DNA of 63,244 nucleotides, the filler included, from Vannella sp. (Eukaryota), in assembly GCA_023345925.1 (NCBI GenBank). It is 7 parts of 7 records of this genome, joined end to end, with 100 filler letters (N's around TTAATTAATTAA, not from the genome) between each part and the next. Parts side by side here need not be neighbours in the genome. Positions count along the whole stretch, not along the records: positions 1 to 16,140 come from JAJQQN010000489.1; positions 16,241 to 23,257 come from JAJQQN010000262.1; positions 23,358 to 32,147 come from JAJQQN010000990.1; 4 more parts are not named here. The stretch is one strand, 5' to 3'. Shown piece after piece: positions 14,119 through 25,625 of this stretch; the stretch's first letter is position 1; the number at the start of each line of letters is the position of its first letter. Under the pieces are notes generated by a model. That model was not told the DNA's origin, searched no databases, and was given only the letters and a program-made list of their open reading frames with translations. A program made the translations under genes and the position numbers.

Positions 14119-14819
14119 TTAGCTCAGGACACACTTGCCCTTTTTCGCGCCGGGTTTCCCGTCCCCAGTCTCTGCCACTTCTCCTTTGACGCTGATGACA
14201 GAACGAACCAACGTATGGAAGGTGTCCTCCACGTTGGTATTGGTCTTAGCGCTGGTCTCTAGATAAGGACAGTCATACTTGGCAGCCAGCTCTTGTCCGC
14301 GCAGAGGATCAACCTCTCGCTGTTCTTCCAGGTCCAATTTGTTACCGACAAGCATGAAAGGTATTTTCTCCTTCTCTGACACGCGAAGGATCTGTTCGAA
14401 GAAGGTCTCGAGCTTGTCGAAGCTGTCCTGCATCACGATGGAGAATACGCACATAAAACCCTCTCCTGTTCGGTAGTAGTTGTCTCTCATCGCAGCCTGA
14501 TGAAGAAGGCACCTTTGGTGAGTCTCGTGGAAGGCACGGGGGAGGTGGGATGGCGCTTACGTAATCCTCTTGTCCAGCTGTGTCGAGGATATCCAGGTTA
14601 ATCTCTTGACCGTCAAGGGTTAAAGTCTAACGAGTGTTAGGGCTCAAGACTTCCCAATGATAAGCTACAAACCTTGCGGTAACTATCAGCCGAGGTGGGG
14701 TCATAGTCTTCTGAAAAGTCCCCGTACATGAACTGGAGAGTGAGTGCAGACTTTCCCACACCTCCAGAGCCCACGACAATGATCTTATGAAGTGATGGAT
14801 TCTCTGCTTTCTTAGGCAT
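14119..14819 (-). CDS. RAL: Ral-like Ras-family GTPase
   Basis: [49 protein letters not shown] (Ral-type rather than Ras YSAMRDQY), CaaX CVLS. Confidence 0.8.
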
Positions 14820-14973
14820 GCCGCTGGTCAAGCAGAACAAGAAATAGGCTTTCCCCGAACACAAGACCTCCACCAATCCGGTGAGGGTTGAATCTAAAGT
14901 CAGTACCCAATTAGACGTAAAGCAGGGGCTTTGAATTAATTGAGGGTATTTATGTGCCCAGGGTTGGGATGAT

Positions 14974-15989
14974 TTAATACCAGTCGAATTCGGCTTGGTC
15001 TTTGGGTTCGGTTGGTTCCTCGTCCTCTCCGTACTGCATGGCGTGTTCGACGTGTTGTAGGACGACAGAGATTGTGTCTTCGTCTTTGATGTTGAGGGGG
15101 ACGAAGCTGACGAGGTTGTACTGCTCCAGCTGTGGGGAATGAGTGATTTTGTGGAGGGAATGTCGTCTCCCTTCGTCCTGGACTTACCAGGGTCCCAATA
15201 GCTTGATTCAGTCTTCCATACTTTGAAGTTGTCGTTGCATTTACCTCAGAAATCACGTGCCACAGCTCCATGTCCAGGAATCTGGCAAACGAAGGTTAGA
15301 GGAAGGTATTGTGAGGAAAGTAGCTACCTTTCGAGCTCTTCCGCTTCTCCTTTGAGCTGCACCATGTCCATCTTTGATAGGACGTTGATGTGAGGCAGTT
15401 CCAGTTGAATCATAGCCGAGAGGCACATCAGAGAGCCTGAAAGGAACTTGGCAGAGTCTGTGATGAAGTGAGAGTCAAGTAGGTACACTGCGCAGCAGCG
15501 ATAGTCCATTCGTTTGAGCTCTGCGATGAAGTCCTTCATGACAGGGAGATGAGTGTAAAGTTCCACCTGTCCAGGGCAGTCGATGATGAGATAGTCCTCC
15601 TCAAACCCTCCGATCTCGTCTCGGATCCATTCAAAGTTGTTCCCAAGGAACCTGGCCCTTTGGATCAGGACTGGAGGAGGGAAAGGGATCGGTCTGCTCA
15701 CTCCATACAGTAGATGAGCCCCCCATTCGGTCCAAGCTGAAGCTCTTCCATGACATCTTCCAAGGAAATGAGCTCACGTAGATCCACAGAAGGTGTATAG
15801 ACGATATCCTCCGCAGCAGGGTCAAGGTTCACCACATGCGCTGTCCGCCCCAGCGTTGCACAATGTTGTTGTATCGTTGCACAATAGGTGGACTACCCTC
15901 CACATCAGCCTCACTACCGCCAGAAACCACACCAAACGAACCTTCCCACTACCAGCGGGTCCCATGACCAGTTGAGCGTACTTTCCCAT
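14974..15989 (-). CDS. GPN3: GPN-loop GTPase 3
   Basis: [56 protein letters not shown]. Confidence 0.92.
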
Positions 15990-16140
15990 TCTGCTGCTAA
16001 TTAATAATGTTCTCGAAAGGAAACATTTCGTTTGTAGATTCATTTTTATTGCCATTATTATTATTGGTTCGCACCAAGTTTTTCCGGGACCGGCCCCAAA
16101 AAAAAAAAAAAGATTCTTTCTTCCGATTTCTCAGCGTAGA

Positions 16141-16240
16141 NNNNNNNNNNNNNNNNNNNNNNNNNNNNNNNNNNNNNNNNNNNNTTAATTAATTAANNNN
16201 NNNNNNNNNNNNNNNNNNNNNNNNNNNNNNNNNNNNNNNN
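16141..16240. other. Artificial contig linker (N44-TTAATTAATTAA-N44)
   Basis: Six-frame stop linker flanked by Ns; identical at six places. Confidence 0.98.
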
Positions 16241-16412
16241 CTCCCAGCCGACCCCTTTTGAGGGGTCCTCCGCTTCTTCTCTGACATCAAACAATGATTC
16301 ATGGATTAACGAAATTATAAAGACAAGAAGTGAAAGGGAAACTCTTGATAAAAGCAGGGGTTTGCAAATTTTCCGAAAAATTCCTGGAAAGAATCATTAT
16401 TTAGTAGCTTCG

Positions 16413-17204
16413 ATGCTGCGAAGAGGCTTTGCCGCCATCTTTCCACTCCGGATGCTTTGTGCCACGCAGGTGGGAATGAGCTCAGGCGGTGCGCGTGTTG
16501 CGGAGGAAGGAGTGGTGAAGAAAGTGACTCTGAGTGTGGAGGGCAACATTGGATCGGGCAAGTCCACTCTCTTGCGACTTATCTCGGAGCACTTTGGTGA
16601 TCGGGTAGAGGTCTATCAGGAGCCTGTGGACAAATGGAAGGACGTGCAAGGTGAGAATGTTCTCGGCGCCTTCTATCAAGACCCAAAGCGATACGCCTAT
16701 ACTTTCCAATCCTTCGCGTTCATCAGCCGAATGATGCAGCTGCAAGCGCCTCAGGAGAAGATGATTCGCATCCTAGAGCGGTCCCCTCTATCTGACTACT
16801 GTTTTGCGAAGAACTGTTGGGAGATGGGCCTGATGAACGAAATGGAGTGGAAGATCTACCAAGAATGGTGGACACACTTTGTCACCTCCTTTGGCCAAAC
16901 CCCAGACGCGATTATCTACCTCCGAACGACGCCTGAGGTTTGCTTCCAGCGAGTAAATCAGAGGAAACGAGCGGAAGAAAAAGGACTCGAATTGGATTAT
17001 CTTCACCTTCTCCACAAACAACACGAGCAATGGTTCTCCCCAGAGAAAGAAGGCCTCAGCATAACTCATACTGAGCTTCAGCTTCCTTTCACGGTTTTAG
17101 AGGGCAACAGCAACTTTGTAGAACCAGGCACTTCCCAAAGTGTGATGATGGAACAGATTGAATCTCTCTTACAACTCGTTTCCAGCACCGCGCCAAGCCA
17201 ATGA
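16413..17204 (+). CDS. Deoxynucleoside kinase (dCK/dGK/TK2 family), possible mitochondrial presequence
   Basis: VEGNIGSGKST, EPVDKW, YTFQ, ERSPLSD, IIYLRTTPE; Arg-rich N-terminus lacking acidic residues. Confidence 0.92.
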   Translation: MLRRGFAAIFPLRMLCATQVGMSSGGARVAEEGVVKKVTLSVEGNIGSGKSTLLRLISEHFGDRVEVYQEPVDKWKDVQGENVLGAFYQDPKRYAYTFQSFAFISRMMQLQAPQEKMIRILERSPLSDYCFAKNCWEMGLMNEMEWKIYQEWWTHFVTSFGQTPDAIIYLRTTPEVCFQRVNQRKRAEEKGLELDYLHLLHKQHEQWFSPEKEGLSITHTELQLPFTVLEGNSNFVEPGTSQSVMMEQIESLLQLVSSTAPSQ

Positions 17205-17588
17205 AGAATACTACTTTTTGGTCTGGAATTGGCGTTGTTGCCGGTGAAAGTGAGAGCATAAATTTGGTTTTCGGATTGGCTTCGGAAGAGTGAATAATCA
17301 AACTCACTTTCCGCTGTGACATCCTCTGCAATCAATTGATGAAGAGCACTGCGGTGAACCCCATCTGATTCAATAGGATGGAGGGTACACAGCCTATTAA
17401 ATCCCATTCTTCTGCGTTACACGGCGAAACGCAGCGCACCACTGACGAACTACAACCTGAAAACACCAATTAGATAAGTGAGTTTTGAGAGTTGAGGAGT
17501 CCAGAAGGGAGTTCTTTAAGAAGTCATTAATGTTATTGATGATATGGATGACTGAATTCTGAGCTTGGAGAGTGATGCACAGAACCCT

Positions 17589-18980
17589 TCAGAGACGAGC
17601 GGGAATGGAGGAAGATAATAGAGAGTCCACTCGAGCAGCTTCCCGGAGGCCGGACTCCAACGCAATGTGGGCGTATCCGTTGTTCTCAGAGGTGTGCTCA
17701 CCAGCAAAGAAGATTTTGTTGTCTACTGGAAGGGAGAGAGTTGGTAAATCCTCTGGCATCATAGTGTGATGCGCGTAGCTGTATGAACCGCAGGTCCATT
17801 CCCCTTCCCAATGAGTGACATGGCTGTCAATGAGTTGGGGAAGATGCAGTAAGTGGAAGCTGTCTCGAAGCGACAGCAGAGCTCTATCGACAACAGCTAC
17901 ATCGCTCCACTTCTCCTGGGCTATTTGAAGAGGGAATGCACCCGCAATCAGAGCCACAAGCACGGGCCGCCCACAAACTGGCATCAGATTGAGCCAATAG
18001 GGGAAGAGGAATGGTTCACTAGCCACACCAAAGGAGTGGCAGAGTGGATCCCAGAAGCAGGACTCGAAGTGGAGCAGGACTTTGTTCATCAAGCCAAAGC
18101 CAACTCGATTGATCGCTGTCAGATGGGGCTGAGGCAAAGGAGGACTGAACTTGATTGATTGGGACTTCAATACACCCAGAGAGACTGTGACAACAACCTT
18201 ACGAGGCAGGAAGACCGCACCTGATCGACATTCCACTTGGATTTGGTCCGTTTGGTAGTCAATCCATACCACAGGGTCACCAGTTCGTACACAGGACCTT
18301 GGTAACTCACGAGAGATCTGTGATACCAAGTTTCCAAGGGTACGCACGATCAGGTCAGGCCCCTCTGTGAGTTCTGCCTCGTTCTCTCGATCGCACGCGA
18401 TAGAGAAGTCCCGTGAGGACATTCTGTCGAGTGTGGTAGCTTCGTACTGTGCAGACTCTGCTAACAACCAACGGAGGACCTGCCCTACCCGCGATGGACC
18501 ATGAAACGACTCTGAAAGGTGCGGTTCCCCTGAGAGGATGAGATCAAACGTCTCTTGCGCTGTACAGTTGCTGCCACTGTCCCAAAGACGCTCCTTCTCT
18601 TCTTCGTAGCGTATTTGAAGGGTCTTCGCTATCTTCACGACCTCCTCTCGCTCCACAGAGGAGAGTTCAGGGCCGTCTGGGAAGTAGATGTGTTCGAGAA
18701 GGCCGGCTTGTCCGCTGTTCAGGAAGGTGGGAATGTTGTACTTCCGAGCCAACTCAACAAGTGGGTTTCCATGTGAGCCGTGTATCCACGCTGCACCAGA
18801 GTTAAAGCGGAGAGGAGGTTGACCAGGGATGTTCCTCAGCGTTATCTCGCTTGTTCTCCCTCCCAACGCCTCTTTTGCCTCGACTAGATACACAGAGTGC
18901 CCCTTCTTCAGCAGTTCCACAGCGCAGGAGATCCCGCTGATGCCTCCGCCCACCACAAGGACATCACACGCAGTCGCCAT
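17589..18980 (-). CDS. Flavin-containing amine oxidase (polyamine oxidase-like)
   Basis: GGGISG FAD motif, LGGR, GAAWIHG, VTVSLGVLK, GSYSY, FFAGEHT. Confidence 0.9.
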   Translation of the reverse strand: MATACDVLVVGGGISGISCAVELLKKGHSVYLVEAKEALGGRTSEITLRNIPGQPPLRFNSGAAWIHGSHGNPLVELARKYNIPTFLNSGQAGLLEHIYFPDGPELSSVEREEVVKIAKTLQIRYEEEKERLWDSGSNCTAQETFDLILSGEPHLSESFHGPSRVGQVLRWLLAESAQYEATTLDRMSSRDFSIACDRENEAELTEGPDLIVRTLGNLVSQISRELPRSCVRTGDPVVWIDYQTDQIQVECRSGAVFLPRKVVVTVSLGVLKSQSIKFSPPLPQPHLTAINRVGFGLMNKVLLHFESCFWDPLCHSFGVASEPFLFPYWLNLMPVCGRPVLVALIAGAFPLQIAQEKWSDVAVVDRALLSLRDSFHLLHLPQLIDSHVTHWEGEWTCGSYSYAHHTMMPEDLPTLSLPVDNKIFFAGEHTSENNGYAHIALESGLREAARVDSLLSSSIPARL

Positions 18981-19379
18981 GACGAGGAGGATCAAGGAAT
19001 GGCGTTTATAGGTCGTTTCCGGGCTTTCACGCTTCCTGGTAGTGTGCTAGTTGTAGAAGGAAGCCATTCTTGGGTCGCGTGCGAGGATGGAGGGTGAGAT
19101 GCAGCATCCCGGTGGATGCACCTTTCCTTTTCGACTAATGCTCCCGCTATGACATTCTTGGATGACATAGAACGCTCACGACTCTCGCCTCGATTGCCTG
19201 TCGACCAGAACCGACGATCCGCCTATTAAAGAAAAGGCAAACTGTGCCCTTCGTTTTTTCAAAGAATAAAAAAAATAAAAATAGAGTGGAACGAGGCACA
19301 GCTTTGAAGACACCTTTAGAGATGATAGATCTATCACTCTTGTGTCTTGAAGTTGGTGTTGAACACTTTTGTCGTGACC

Positions 19380-21827
19380 ATGTGTGACGCTGGTTGGCCT
19401 TTGAGGTCGGGTATTGAGGACTACTCAGAGATCTTTGGACGTGAGGGGGTGTTGGACTTGAAGGAGCGACCTCAGAACAAGAGGAGGACACTGGAGGAGG
19501 ATGAGAATGGGGAGTGGATAGAAGAAACACTGCCTCCGGTGCCTACCCCGAGTAAGAGCCGGTTCACTATAGTGGAGGAGATTGAGCGAGATCTTGGCGA
19601 GGGTTCGTCACTACTTGGTGCTCCAGGACAGTCTGTGTTCACTAGTCTCGGGTACATCCCGTTTGCCACCCATTCTATCAACCGCCAGCAGCTCTCTGCC
19701 ACCTTCATGTACATGCAAGGACGTAAGCAAGTACGATCTTCTTCTGGCACATACAAAGACAACCCGCGTGGGCCTCTGTGGGCCACAGCATTCGGCCTGG
19801 TCTTCCTTGGGTACATCTACTTCCGCTTCATCAACATGCAGAGGGACCATGAGTGGGAATCAACGAGTCTATGGAAAGAGATACTTCTAGAGTTCCTCTT
19901 AGCTCTCGTACTGAGCCATGCCAGTACCCGGATGAGGAATGCTGCCAACTCGTTGACCTTGTTCTGGATCTACTTGCTCGTGACAGGGTCCTTCCTACTT
20001 CCTCCACACTCTTTTAGGTATCTGTTCCTTCTGACAGCCTCGTTGGCGGCTGTCACGTGGATGGGCTACCTGATGTACTACCATGTCGGCCCTCTTCTTC
20101 TCCGAAAGAGTCGATACTGCTTCGGTTGGAGACGTGTTAAGTCCCGAGTGGCCATATACAGTGCAGAAAATAGGCCAGGATTGAGTGAAGGCGAAGGGGA
20201 CCTTCGAGAGGTGGTCTTCGAGTACCGGCCGCTGTTACAGTGGTTCACTTGCTCTAGTCCTCATACTTTTGTGTATCGTGGACAGTGGAAAGACGGGAGA
20301 CCCTCTGGTTGGGGTGAATGGCGCGATGACTCGTTCTATGGAGAGTCTCTTATTGGCTTTTGGGAGTAAGTGACATTCATGAACTCATTGAGAGGCTAAA
20401 CCATGTTTGCAAGGGATGGAATGCCTCGTGGACCACACATAAGTGCTGAGAGAGGTACCGGAAACATGTTTGGATGCGTGGCAGTTGGATACTGTTCCAT
20501 TCGAAAGAGTGAATTCACTTGCAACCCTTTCGCGTTCGTCCTCCCAGCCACAGAGTTTCTCATCTAACACCAGACCAGAGAGCTTGGAAAGGTGCTCACG
20601 TACGGGGTTGCATACGAAGAGTGTTCAGTTTCAGGAGGATTTTACCAAGTGAGATAGATTCTTCAGACCCGACTGGAAGAGGGCTGATCTGTCGATAGAA
20701 CTTCCCTCGTCACACAGAGCTTACCAAATTCAGGTTCCATCAAGATGGGTCATCCACAGAGGGTATCAACCGAATCCTTCCTCATATGACTCGTGGGAAT
20801 GAAAACAAGCACCCAGTGAGTGAGAATTCCTTCACTATCTGTCACTCATCCAAGATAGGACTCTATTGTCATCACTGTGCAAGGAAATGGACTCGAAATT
20901 CGAGGTTATGAGCCTTTAACGCCACAGGCCAGGCAGAGAGCACTTATAGAAATAGGAGATCACTCTTCTCCAGCAGGGTGTCAAGAAAACGCGAGCCTTG
21001 ATGGTCCAGATATCTTTGTTCGTGGATGGGAGGTCAGTTCTAAGCCGGAAGTGCTGATCTTCGTCCATGGATATAATATTGCGTTGCCAAGTGCAATGAA
21101 GAAACTTGGCCAGTTAGTCGCTGCAGGCCGCTTTCCCTCAAATATCAAACCATTTGTGTTCAGCTGGCCAACAGGAAAGATTCCATACTACTTTCAATCT
21201 GTCGAGGTCCTCGAAGGAAAGCCAGTCGTTGATGCATTTAGCCAGTTCCTTGGTTCTATTCAGGCAGCTGGAGTCCGAGACATTCATATTTTCACTCACA
21301 GTATGGGCCTTAAGTTGGTGATTAAAGCTCTGGAGTCGCCTAAAGTACAGGAGCTGATGGCACCTCAAAGAGGAGAAGTGACAATTGACCAACTCCATCT
21401 CAGAACGGTGACCCTCAGCAACGCAGACTATTCTGTTCGAGAGTTTCGGGATAAGGCGTATCCTTTACTGTATCGGTATTGCAGACACATCTCGCTCTAT
21501 GTCGATAAGAATGATAATGCGTTAAGCTGGTCGTCACTGTTTAGTCGAACAATGGTACTTGGCCGTTTGGGAGTGCCATTATTCACCTCATCGAATGCTC
21601 GATACCTGCTTGATGTGGATATTATTGACACAAGTGGGCTTCAAGATAACATGCATTCAGTACGCCACAGCGCGTTTGCAGTCAATCGAATGATGGTGGA
21701 GGACTTACGAGAGATCATCGTTTCCCGTAAGAGAGCTGCAGAAAGACTTTCTCGACTCGTCAACAAAAAAGGCAATCTGTACTGCTTCATGACCACCCCC
21801 GCTGCAGTCACAGTCGAATGTGTATAG
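19380..21827 (+). CDS. Multi-TM protein with MORN-like repeats and a C-terminal DUF900-type alpha/beta hydrolase
   Basis: Several hydrophobic helices, YRGQWKDGRPSGWGEW, ECSVSGGFY, FVHGYN, FSWP, HSMG; internal exon boundaries uncertain. Confidence 0.65.
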
Positions 21828-22148
21828 ATGGGATTCGATGGGGCCATTGTGCTCATAACTTCGCTTTCTCCCAGCTTATGACACTGCAACAGACCTTCCC
21901 AGGATCAGCATATTCTCCTCTATTAGAAACGATCTCCCCAAAAATCTATAAATTACTCCACTTCTGAGTGCCCAGCCGATTTAGTCCTTTGCAGCCTCCA
22001 CTCCGATGACACCTTTGGATGAAAACAGGTTCTTTTTGAAATGTTGCATGTAGTCCCAGTTATCCCTTGACATACTCCAGTCGGACGCGCAATCGGATTT
22101 GCCTCTAACTGCGTTGGAGCTTCTCTTGCCTCAAAATGCGTTGGAGCT

Positions 22149-23257
22149 TTATTTTGGGAAAAAGGAGTCTCTCAAACTCTTGAATCTGGCAAAATGCTCA
22201 AGGGCATAAGAAGCAGCCTGGGCAGTCTCATAGAGAACACCAGTGTGGACATTCTCAATGGTATCACATGACTTATGATAGCAAGGATCGAAGGGGATAT
22301 CAAGAATCCCACCAAAGCGGGAACGCTCTTCTGCAGTTTTAGTCCTCCCTGCTCCAGTATCGATTGCACCAGCAGGAATGCCAGCATCTAGATAAGAACC
22401 ATAGTCAGAGCTAAATTCCAATGGAGTGATTTGATAAGCCAGAGAGTTTGCATCAAAGAATTCGGCAAAGGTGTCCATAATGAGTCTCCCGCCGGTTGTT
22501 TCCGAGTAGTTAAGAATACCTCGGATGTAGTTTGGTGAGCCGAGCATGTCAAAATTGAGATTCATCACAATTTTCTCTCTCTGAGGTGGAGTTAAAGAGT
22601 TCACATAGAAGCTGCTTCCGACCAGCCCTTCCTCTTCAGCACCATACCAGATGAATCTCACTTTGTTGACTGGATTCTTCACAGCATCCTCAAATTGGAG
22701 TGCCATCTGAAGGATTGCCGAGCTACCACTGCCATTGTCGTTCAAACCGGGACCTCCATCAACAGAGTCCAAGTGAGATCCGACAGTTATAATCGAATCT
22801 GGATCTCCAGAGCGCGATCAGATTGGCGGTGTATGCAGTTCTCACTTCTGATTGGTAAGCCATGTAGATGACAGCGTTGGGTGTGTACAATAGCTCCCGT
22901 CCAAGACTATACGAGATTGAGTACACTGCAACACTCTCAGGATTGTACAGAGTGCCATCCACGGGTCCAATTTGATCTGGAAGATTGAATATAAGAACTC
23001 CACGCGCTCCTGCCCGGATGGCGTTATCAACTTTTTCGAAGAACAGACAACCTCCTCTTGCAATCAGGGAGATCTTGCCGACTGTTGAAGAGGGATAGTC
23101 AGTTTGGTCGCACCCATTGTTATTTGCAGCCACCAGAGTGCTCGTCACTTCACTGGAGCCAGAGAACTGCAGGACCGAGTAGTCCTTGGCCGTGTACTGA
23201 ACATCTCTTGGTTCTAACATGGAGAAGTACGGCGGTGAGGCGGCCATAGAAACATTG
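22149..23257 (-). pseudogene. M28 aminopeptidase (PA domain + peptidase), 5' truncated by the contig end, with a frameshift near 22812 (or an assembly error)
   Basis: IARGGCLFFEK PA domain; SHLDSV..GPGLNDNGSGS, GAEEEGLVGS, LNFDM, DPCYH; the two halves are in different frames with no intron between them. Confidence 0.7.
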
Positions 23258-23357
23258 NNNNNNNNNNNNNNNNNNNNNNNNNNNNNNNNNNNNNNNNNNN
23301 NTTAATTAATTAANNNNNNNNNNNNNNNNNNNNNNNNNNNNNNNNNNNNNNNNNNNN
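23258..23357. other. Artificial contig linker
   Basis: N44-TTAATTAATTAA-N44. Confidence 0.98.
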
Positions 23358-23402
23358 CTTTCAAAGTATCTACTCCGTTGGCCTGTCATCCAGATCTGAA
23401 TA

Positions 23403-23987
23403 TCAGTTCTTTGAGGGTTGGACGGAGTTCCACTCACACTTGGCTTCAGCTAGATTAGCTTCAGGGGTTAAACTAGAGAGAGCTAACTCTTCGCAACGAT
23501 CCAGATGCTCTAATGCCTTTGGCAAAAGGAGAGTAGTGCAAACATTGGCGCACATCATTTCGTACAGAAACAAGACAAAGCTGTCTTGAGTGAGCGAGAG
23601 GCAACCCAAGACAACATCGTATGCCTTTTGGTATTCTTCTACCTGAGAATAATAGTCATAGGCGAGAAGGCGTTGCTCCATAGCCTCCACAAAGTCTCCG
23701 CTCTTCTCGTAGCAGTTCGCGACCCTTTCCTTCAGGACTGCCATCTCATAGTACATTAAGTTCATCCTACAGAATTCCATCTGCTCAAGAGCCTCGGACA
23801 GCTGATCCATTGTGAGAGGAGGCTCCTCTTTCTCGTTCAAAGCGCCCTCCTCGATCGCCCTTGAGGAGTCGCCTTTCCTCTTAGCGCTCCACAACAAATA
23901 CATCGCCCCTGCAACTGTTGCCAATGCCGAAGAGACGGCAACACAAAGAAGTGCTTCCTTCGCCCCAAAAGACGCTTTCTCCTCCAT
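23403..23987 (-). CDS. N-terminally anchored helical (TPR-like) protein, probably 3' partial
   Basis: Single N-terminal TM helix followed by basic residues; TPR-like VANCYEKSGDFVEAME. Confidence 0.5.
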   Translation of the reverse strand: MEEKASFGAKEALLCVAVSSALATVAGAMYLLWSAKRKGDSSRAIEEGALNEKEEPPLTMDQLSEALEQMEFCRMNLMYYEMAVLKERVANCYEKSGDFVEAMEQRLLAYDYYSQVEEYQKAYDVVLGCLSLTQDSFVLFLYEMMCANVCTTLLLPKALEHLDRCEELALSSLTPEANLAEAKCEWNSVQPSKN

Positions 23988-24411
23988 CCCTCCTCGAAAT
24001 GAAGGAAATGAGAAAGTTGACCAAATGTTGGATACCTCACCATGATCAACCTATACAAAGATTATTTAGAGGGGCTTCAAAGTGGAGAGAAGTCACGCGG
24101 TGGGCATTTCCCCTTGTTTGGGTCCTCTGACACCCAAAAAGAGAAAAAATGAAATCAGTCCAAAAGCTTATCCTGAAGAGATGGAGGTCATCAGGGCAAG
24201 CTACGCAAACACGAGTTCTGCCCCTTCACTCAAGGATTTCTCTTTGTCCGGCCGCCATTCTTGGACAAAATGGGTTGCCTATTAGTCCAGAGGAATGAGG
24301 CAAGACGAATCAGATTCAGGTTGAGCTCAACCTCAATGATCGATTGGTTTGCCATAATGGCAAGTTGGCTCCGGCTGGGGATTGGATGGCCGGACGGGCA
24401 GCTCATTGTTT

Positions 24412-25290
24412 ATGCGGCCTCTCTGGACCTACACACCCGACCGAACCCTCTCTGTGGACCACAGGAAGGCTCTTGAGGAGCTCTTTCAATACGACTTGCA
24501 CTTCTCAGGCAAGGAGAAGGAGGTAACGGTTCGTTCCTGGGAACACGGTGCAACCACCTCTTTCTGTCGCATGGTCTCCTTGACCGAGATCCCAGGAGGA
24601 TCCTCTTGGCGTTGGAGCCAAACCAAATCTCGCGTGCACCTCACCAACGAAGATCGCAGTTCGATCTTGGTGGCGAAGTTGGGCCCTCGGAAGAAGGGGT
24701 CTGGACCCAAATCCCCTCTTCCATCCTACAAGCTGTGGGTCTTTACGATCAAGGGAATCTGTCCAACACCCTTCAGCGTCCTCTGGTGCGAAAGGGGGTC
24801 GGAACCTCTCGAAAGACCCCCTCCCCAGCCAAGCCCACCCAACAGTCACTCAAATCCTCCTTCCAATCACTCAGAGCCACTTCCCAATCATCCACGCTCG
24901 TCCCTTAACTCCTTCCCACCCAATTCAGGCTCACCCACCAATAATCATTTCCCAATTGTGTTTATCTCAGAGTCATTTCCGCCCTCAAGCTTCCTATCAA
25001 GCCCAAGTCTCTCCAGCTCTTTGTGCCCGTCTCCCAGCTTCCCGAGCCCAAGTCTCTCCAGCTTTCTGAGTCCTGCTCTCGGCTTCCCAAGTCCAAGCCT
25101 CTCCAGCTCCCCAAGCCCAAGTCTTTCCAGCTCTCTAAGTCCTTCTTCTAGCTTGGCAAGTCTGAGTATCTTCAGCTTTCTGGACCCTCTTCCTGACTGG
25201 TCTGATGACAACTCGGTCATCATGGACCTGTTTCAAGACTTGGGGGTATTACATCATGTTCCCAAGGCTCCTCAAGATCACAGTGAATGA
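24412..25290 (+). CDS. Unknown family, paralog 1: ~130-aa conserved domain plus Pro/Ser-rich tail
   Basis: Intronless ORF; the N-terminal domain is clearly homologous to 27512-28003. Confidence 0.75.
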   Translation: MRPLWTYTPDRTLSVDHRKALEELFQYDLHFSGKEKEVTVRSWEHGATTSFCRMVSLTEIPGGSSWRWSQTKSRVHLTNEDRSSILVAKLGPRKKGSGPKSPLPSYKLWVFTIKGICPTPFSVLWCERGSEPLERPPPQPSPPNSHSNPPSNHSEPLPNHPRSSLNSFPPNSGSPTNNHFPIVFISESFPPSSFLSSPSLSSSLCPSPSFPSPSLSSFLSPALGFPSPSLSSSPSPSLSSSLSPSSSLASLSIFSFLDPLPDWSDDNSVIMDLFQDLGVLHHVPKAPQDHSE

Positions 25291-25625
25291 ATAGAATCGG
25301 AAGAGGTGAATTTCCTCCACCCACAAGTGGTTGAACCTTTTTGGGGCTGAGTGTCCCCTTCTTCCTGAACTGTCATATACAAGTCCTCCAACGGCCTCTC
25401 AGCAATGAAAAAGGCGAAATACAAGAGTTGAAGTTTAGCTGGCCATCGTCTAAGGTACTGAGGAAGTGGACCACGCTACCTCACTACTTTCACTTGTCCC
25501 ACGAAGATTTGGACTCACAGGAGGGGTGTCTGGAGAAGAGGGAAGAGCGACAGTTTCTGCGTCCTAGCACTCACGCCAAGGTATCGGGAGGAAGCCAAGA
25601 AATAATCTTCCAAGGAGTATTCCTG

